Positions 6,315 through 9,499 of a stretch of 9,499 bases of DNA are shown one piece after another. A model generated the notes under the pieces. The model was not told where the DNA came from. It did not search any database and saw only the letters and a list, made by a program, of their open reading frames with translations. Source of the DNA: a virus; IMG/VR virus record IMGVR_UViG_3300009662_000082, positions 1 to 9,499 of that record. One strand, written 5' to 3'. Position 1 is the stretch's first letter. Every line of letters begins with the position of its first letter. Position numbers and translations under genes: made by a program.

Positions 6315-6926
6315 ATGCCAGTTTCTGTAGCAATTTTTGATGCTTTCGGCACGTTGCTAAAAATTGAGGAAGGCTCTCATCCTTACCGCAAAATCCTCAA
6401 GCTAGGGATCGAGCAAGGCCGTCGTCCCGGCAGCCGTGATGCCGAAGATTTGCTGACTAAGCCATTGGATTTAAGGCAGGCCGCTGACCATTTCGGCATC
6501 AGGGTTGAGGCTTCTATGATGAGCCGCCTCGAGTTGGATTTGGAAAGGGAGCTGGCAGGTATTGAGGCTTATTCTGATGGTCTCGCGGCTGTTAAAGCGC
6601 TCAAAGCCGCGGGCATAAAGGTTGTTGTGTGTTCGAACCTTGCTCAACCGTATGCCTCGCCAATTGAGCGACTTTTCCCGACCTTGAATGGCTATATCTA
6701 TAGCTTCGCGGTCGGTGCGACTAAACCTTCGTCCGTCATTTATCACGAAGCTTTGCAGTCGGTTTCTGCGCTTCCGGAACATGCTTGGATGGTTGGTGAT
6801 TCACGACGTTTTGACTGCGATGGGCCTACTGCTCACGGCATTCAAGGCTTCTATTTGGACCGTAAAGGTTGTGCCGGCTATGCGTCACTAGATCTGTTTG
6901 CGGAGGCTATTTTGTTAGCCCGGTGA
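6315..6926 (+). CDS. HAD-superfamily (subfamily IA, haloacid-dehalogenase-like) hydrolase, 203 aa from ATG 6315 (alternative TTG 6282)
   Basis: Motif I is AIFDAFGTL, which lacks the second Asp, as in 2-haloacid dehalogenase FDxYGTL. Motif II is VVVCSN. The motif III Lys is in GATKPSSVIY. Motif IV is MVGDSRRFDCDG. No good SD precedes ATG 6315. GGTGAG lies 5 nt before TTG 6282. Confidence 0.85.
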   Translation: MPVSVAIFDAFGTLLKIEEGSHPYRKILKLGIEQGRRPGSRDAEDLLTKPLDLRQAADHFGIRVEASMMSRLELDLERELAGIEAYSDGLAAVKALKAAGIKVVVCSNLAQPYASPIERLFPTLNGYIYSFAVGATKPSSVIYHEALQSVSALPEHAWMVGDSRRFDCDGPTAHGIQGFYLDRKGCAGYASLDLFAEAILLAR

Positions 6927-6954
6927 GCTTTTCATTCAGTCTTTGTTCGTGAGG

Positions 6955-7016
6955 GTGGGACAGCTTTTTCGTCCCGCGCTCTCGGGCGAAGAGCGGGTGG
7001 TAGGGCAGAGCCCTAC
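6955..7016. repeat. Three consecutive GC-rich hairpins downstream of the HAD gene
   Basis: gggac (6957-6961) / gtccc (6971-6975); cgctct (6977-6982) / agagcg (6990-6995); gtaggg (7000-7005) / ccctac (7011-7016). Confidence 0.75.
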
Positions 7017-7037
7017 GTCTTCCATCCGAGTCCCTTC

Positions 7038-7060
7038 AAAAGTTCCAGCGTGGAACTTTT
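7038..7060 (+). repeat. 23-bp perfect palindrome, copy 2
   Basis: aaaagttccagcgtggaactttt: 10-bp arms around a central gcg. Confidence 0.95.
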
Positions 7061-7257
7061 CACTCTTCCTCTTCGAACCAGCCGCCTTGGGCAGGGCCAG
7101 CTAGCGGGCCGAGTGGTTCCAAACTCTTTTCAGGGTGCTTTAGAAATTCCAGAAGCTTTTCATCCGTGGCATGGATCACGCGTTCCGATTTCTGATCTTC
7201 CCCAGGTACTGCTCGCTCAAAAGTTCCAGCGTGGAACTTTTTCGGCTCATCGCTCAT
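7060..7257 (-). CDS. Candidate acidic 65-aa protein (MSDEPKKFHAGTFER...GGWFEEEE)
   Basis: ATG 7257 is preceded by GAGAGGAA with about 6 nt of spacing. Palindrome copy 3 lies inside codons 6-13, and copy 2 starts at the last base of the stop codon. By my count it has 15 D/E against 8 K/R. It may still be a chance ORF in a structured non-coding region. Confidence 0.35.
   Translation of the reverse strand: MSDEPKKFHAGTFERAVPGEDQKSERVIHATDEKLLEFLKHPEKSLEPLGPLAGPAQGGWFEEEE
7218..7240 (+). repeat. 23-bp perfect palindrome, copy 3 (with a conserved 5' flank)
   Basis: aaaagttccagcgtggaactttt preceded by ccaggtactgctcgctc. Copy 4 is preceded by the near-identical cctggtactgctcgttg. Confidence 0.95.
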
Positions 7258-7297
7258 GGCTGATTCCTCTCTGCATTCGCTACCTGGTACTGCTCGT

Positions 7298-7320
7298 TGA
7301 AAAGTTCCAGCGTGGAACTT
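7298..7320 (+). repeat. 23-bp perfect palindrome, copy 4 (with a conserved 5' flank)
   Basis: aaaagttccagcgtggaactttt, 80 bp downstream of copy 3. The extended unit of about 40 bp is shared with copy 3. Confidence 0.95.
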
Positions 7321-7355
7321 TTGATGCCTTGCCGCTCTGGTTTCGGAGCGAAGCG

Positions 7356-7404
7356 AGTGGGGGTGCTGTTACACCCCCACTTTGGTATGGTTTTCCATAC
7401 TTTT
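7356..7404 (+). terminator. Tandem hairpins, terminator-like on the + strand (end of the HAD transcription unit; convergent with the repressor gene)
   Basis: 10-bp GC-rich stem agtgggggtg (7356-7365) / cacccccact (7372-7381) followed by tttgg. Then gtatgg (7385-7390) / ccatac (7395-7400) followed by tttt. Confidence 0.5.
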
Positions 7405-7456
7405 AAAGCCTGCCAGCTTTCCTGTCTTTCTTGGCATCTCGTGTTTTACACCCACT

Positions 7457-7807
7457 TCACCGTGGTTTCCCACGGTCGGTGAAATAGTCTTCGAGCTCCA
7501 AGCTCGAAAGCACACCGCTAACTATGTTGCGAGCCATTGGTTTAACGGAATCGGGTAAATCACTGAATCGTCTAAACAAAGCTTTCATGTCTTCTGCTAC
7601 GTCACGCTCGCTCCCTTCAAGCAGGATCTCGTCTGTCGTGCATTTAAAAAGGATCGCCATGCGCACCACTTTGTCACCTGGCGGAGCATTTTTATCCTTT
7701 TCCCAGCCCGCGACGGTGTTCTCACCGCTGCCTATGGCTTCAGCCAGAGCCTTCTGAGTGAGACCTTGCCTCTCTCTTTTGATCCGGATGTTTTCTCCGA
7801 TGCTCAT
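7457..7807 (-). CDS. XRE-family helix-turn-helix repressor, 116 aa from ATG 7807 (alternative GTG 7849)
   Basis: IGENIRIKRERQGLTQKALAEAIGSGENTVAGWEKDKNAPPGDKVVRMAILFKCTTDEILL is a typical HTH_3/XRE (cI-like) domain. The gene is divergent from rep, as in CTXphi rstR-rstA and the Pf repressor arrangement. Confidence 0.85.
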   Translation of the reverse strand: MSIGENIRIKRERQGLTQKALAEAIGSGENTVAGWEKDKNAPPGDKVVRMAILFKCTTDEILLEGSERDVAEDMKALFRRFSDLPDSVKPMARNIVSGVLSSLELEDYFTDRGKPR

Positions 7808-7963
7808 TTCTGTGTGTACCAAGTAACTTTGATCGGCCAAATCTAACACCTGTATATTTATCCATCCCGAAATTATGTGGTTTTACCGCGAAATTCCGGT
7901 TGCGGCTCAAGCACCATATATCGTAGGCTATCATTCTAATTTAGTGGCTTGACAGGTTTTTGG
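7808..7963. promoter_or_regulatory. Divergent repressor/rep control region (putative lysogeny switch)
   Basis: Non-coding region between divergent genes. The direct 7-mers CGAAATT at 7868-7874 and 7889-7895 are 21 bp apart. TATAAT-like hexamers TATCAT (7929-7934) and TCTAAT (7935-7940) face rep. I could not assign convincing -35 elements. Confidence 0.5.
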
Positions 7964-9103
7964 ATGTTCATCGATTGGCTCACGATTTCGCAGGAGCATG
8001 ACCACGATCTACCGATCGTTGGCAACATCGTGCACCTGACGGTTGACGAGAATACCAATCAAGTTTTGAGCACTAGTCGACCTCGTTTCAAGCATGAGGG
8101 TAGTTTCTCCACCTCGGTCACGATTCATATTCAGGGCCGAAAAATTCGAGTTGAGGGAAATCCTAGTCGGGTAGGGCGGTTGGACAACCTGTTTGGACAC
8201 GCGACCATCGAGCAATGTGTCTCGGTCTACAACGGATTGCTGCGTGAGTACGGTCTTCCTGGCTTCACCCGTTGCACAAGAATTGATATTCGCCAAGGGA
8301 AGCCAGATTCAGTTGTTAAATCCGGTGACCGTATAGCCGACGGCGCAAAAATTGAGCGTATCGACCTAACGACCAACTTTGCATTGGGGGAGGGCAACGT
8401 ACTTGCTTATTTGCGTGGTGTTTCTAGTCAGCGTATTGGGCACTCCATCGGTTTTCTACATCCGAATGGCCGTACTGTTTCTTGGACTCCAAAGGGCAAT
8501 GGAAAAGGCGGTCGACTTCAATATCGTAAGGCCTACGACAAGGCTTTTGAGATGGATCTGAATTCTCTTCCAAAGATCAAACGTCGGTTTGGTGAATCTT
8601 CAGAAGAGTACAAATATGTTAAGCGGGTTAGAGATTACTGCGCACAAGAAGGCGTGGTCCGCTTGGAACAAGAGCTAAAAAGCGAATTTTTACAGCGTGA
8701 AGCCCTTTGCTATTGGGGCCTATTTGATGAACGGCGTTTGGCCGAACTCCACAGCGAGTTTCTTAAGATAGATGAAAAGTTAAAGGTGACAGCCATGGAT
8801 ATTGTGAGTATTGCCGAACAGTTAATTGCTGAGGGTGTTTGCGACACCCTACGCTCTGCTCGTACCACGGCTAGTTACGCTCTTGAGTGGATGTCCGGAA
8901 CAGCTAACATCGACTTTAAGAAGTCTCAGGTTAAAGGGCACGCAGCGAAGCTTAATCGAATCGGCATCAATATTCGAAATGCTTGTGACACAAGCCGCTT
9001 TGCTCCTGTTTTTGTTCGTCAATGCCGTGAAGTTTCAAAGTCTGCTTTGGTCGTCCCAGTCTGGTATCAACGGGCTAATCATCTCCAGCAGGTCGCAGCG
9101 TGA
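7964..9103 (+). CDS. Rolling-circle replication initiation protein (gII / phage CRI family), 379 aa from ATG 7964 (the track starts at TTG 7949)
   Basis: The N-terminus MFIDWLTIS and the motif EGNPSRVGRLDNLFGH resemble the conserved IDWL and GNP..x..N.FG signatures of filamentous-phage gene II/X-family Rep proteins. It is the first gene of the long + strand operon. Confidence 0.88.
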   Translation: MFIDWLTISQEHDHDLPIVGNIVHLTVDENTNQVLSTSRPRFKHEGSFSTSVTIHIQGRKIRVEGNPSRVGRLDNLFGHATIEQCVSVYNGLLREYGLPGFTRCTRIDIRQGKPDSVVKSGDRIADGAKIERIDLTTNFALGEGNVLAYLRGVSSQRIGHSIGFLHPNGRTVSWTPKGNGKGGRLQYRKAYDKAFEMDLNSLPKIKRRFGESSEEYKYVKRVRDYCAQEGVVRLEQELKSEFLQREALCYWGLFDERRLAELHSEFLKIDEKLKVTAMDIVSIAEQLIAEGVCDTLRSARTTASYALEWMSGTANIDFKKSQVKGHAAKLNRIGINIRNACDTSRFAPVFVRQCREVSKSALVVPVWYQRANHLQQVAA

Positions 9104-9312
9104 GAACTGTAGATTTTCAAGGTACTCAGCTTTCAACAGGTCAAAAACGTCGTTTGGCTGAGCAGCGACAAGTGCGTTCTTCATTTATCAATCCTGTTCT
9201 TGCTCAGCAGGTCGAACAAACATTTAGGGCTGTTGAAGCTCTTAAAGAGCTATGGTTTTTCGATTATGAAGAGAAAGGGACGCTTTGTATTGTCGATTGG
9301 GTGGGTTTCTAA
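9100..9312 (+). CDS. Hypothetical protein, 70 aa (GTG start overlapping the rep stop)
   Basis: The ORF is coupled at both ends: GTGA overlaps the rep stop and TAATG overlaps the next start. It has no internal Met and no recognisable motif. Confidence 0.5.
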   Translation: MRTVDFQGTQLSTGQKRRLAEQRQVRSSFINPVLAQQVEQTFRAVEALKELWFFDYEEKGTLCIVDWVGF

Positions 9313-9499
9313 TGGATAAGAAACAGTTTCAGGTTCTTCGCTGGAATATCGAAGCTGACATTCGTAACCATGTGACAGATGAATCATTGGTTAAAAGCAT
9401 CGCAGACAATGTTATGCGCACTGTATTGGCTGATTTCTCCAATCAGGCTGTTATTAGGCAACGCAGTAAACTTCAATTTTTAACATTCAGGCGTAACCC
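9312..9499 (+). CDS. 5' part of the junction-spanning 85-aa hypothetical protein (continues at 1-193 of the circle)
   Basis: ATG 9312 overlaps the preceding stop (TAATG). The frame is open to the window end, and the frame agrees with the ORF ending at 193 after subtracting 9,376. Confidence 0.55.
   Translation, partial: MDKKQFQVLRWNIEADIRNHVTDESLVKSIADNVMRTVLADFSNQAVIRQRSKLQFLTFRRN
9377..9499 (+). repeat. Terminal direct repeat, right copy (identical to 1-123)
   Basis: Same 123 nt as the window start. Consistent with a circular assembly overlap or the start of a second tandem genome copy. Confidence 0.97.

Larger units (their letters stand above)
1..9499 (+). mobile_element. Complete filamentous phage (inovirus-like) genome, circularly permuted; unique unit 9,376 bp plus 123-bp terminal overlap
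   Basis: Colinear inovirus gene set on the + strand (Rep, ssDNA-binding protein, major coat, Gly-rich adsorption protein, Zot-like ATPase, secretin). Bases 1-123 are identical to 9377-9499. Confidence 0.9.

Noticed and set aside
6236-7064. TCACT on both sides of the palindrome-flanked HAD segment, read as a target-site duplication of a transposed cassette
   Set aside because: It is only 5 bp. The element ends it would define are offset by 2 nt relative to the palindrome symmetry, and no transposase is present. I kept it only as a weak note under the HAD finding.
7038-7320. The repeated 23-bp element as a CRISPR array
   Set aside because: There are only three clustered copies. The interval lengths are irregular (157 and 57 nt). 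The repeat is short and fully palindromic with A/T-tract ends. No cas genes or leader are present, and a fourth copy lies 770 bp away in inverted orientation.
7050-7406. 118-aa + strand ORF spanning the palindrome region
   Set aside because: It starts at a GTG inside palindrome copy 2 and has no SD. Its repeated KFQRGTF peptide is just the palindrome translated. It also runs through the terminator-like hairpins at 7356-7400.
7949-7954. Perfect TTGACA -35 hexamer
   Set aside because: It sits 9 nt before the rep ATG, with no acceptable -10 at 16-18 nt downstream (tcgatt). Several chance occurrences are expected in 19 kb of two-strand sequence.
138-9161. Remaining ORF-track entries nested in or antisense to the called genes: 138-473, 398-631, 1132-1458, 1208-1525, 3054-3473, 3122-3391, 3925-4173, 4774-4980, 5738-5923, 6471-6782, 6688-6891, 7297-7482, 7524-7757, 7740-7934, 8009-8296, 8379-8561, 8826-9161
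   Set aside because: Each overlaps a gene with clear motif support in another frame or strand. They lack an SD and a recognisable motif, and they have skewed compositions typical of shadow ORFs.

Overview
The window holds one complete, circularly permuted genome of a filamentous ssDNA phage (Inoviridae type). Bases 1-123 are identical to 9377-9499, so the unique unit is 9,376 bp. The + strand carries a canonical inovirus backbone. In order: a rolling-circle Rep (gII-like, 7964-9103); two small ORFs, one spanning the circular junction; a gV-like ssDNA-binding protein; a small membrane protein; a gVIII-like major coat protein followed by a strong intrinsic terminator; a Cys-rich, Gly-repeat gIII-like adsorption protein; a gVI-like protein; a Zot/gI-like assembly ATPase; and a gIV/PilQ-like secretin. 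Between the secretin and rep (about 5171-7963) lies a visibly GC-richer accessory and regulatory island. It contains an AT-rich perfect hairpin, two minus-strand cargo genes (a 101-aa unknown and an AbrB/MazE-fold protein), a highly structured non-coding stretch, a HAD-family hydrolase, a 530-bp hairpin-rich non-coding region, and an XRE-type repressor divergent from rep. I saw no integrase, transposase, tRNA, rRNA or CRISPR array. Three things deserve a second look. (1) A pair of inverted dif-like (XerC/XerD-type) sites at 6025-6142 can fold into a forked hairpin like the CTXphi ssDNA attP, in a phage with a repressor but no integrase. (2) A 23-bp perfect palindrome occurs four times, bracketing the HAD gene and a possible acidic 65-aa ORF. 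(3) The cargo genes themselves are unusual for an inovirus. All functional calls come from reading the translations and motifs by eye; no database search was possible.
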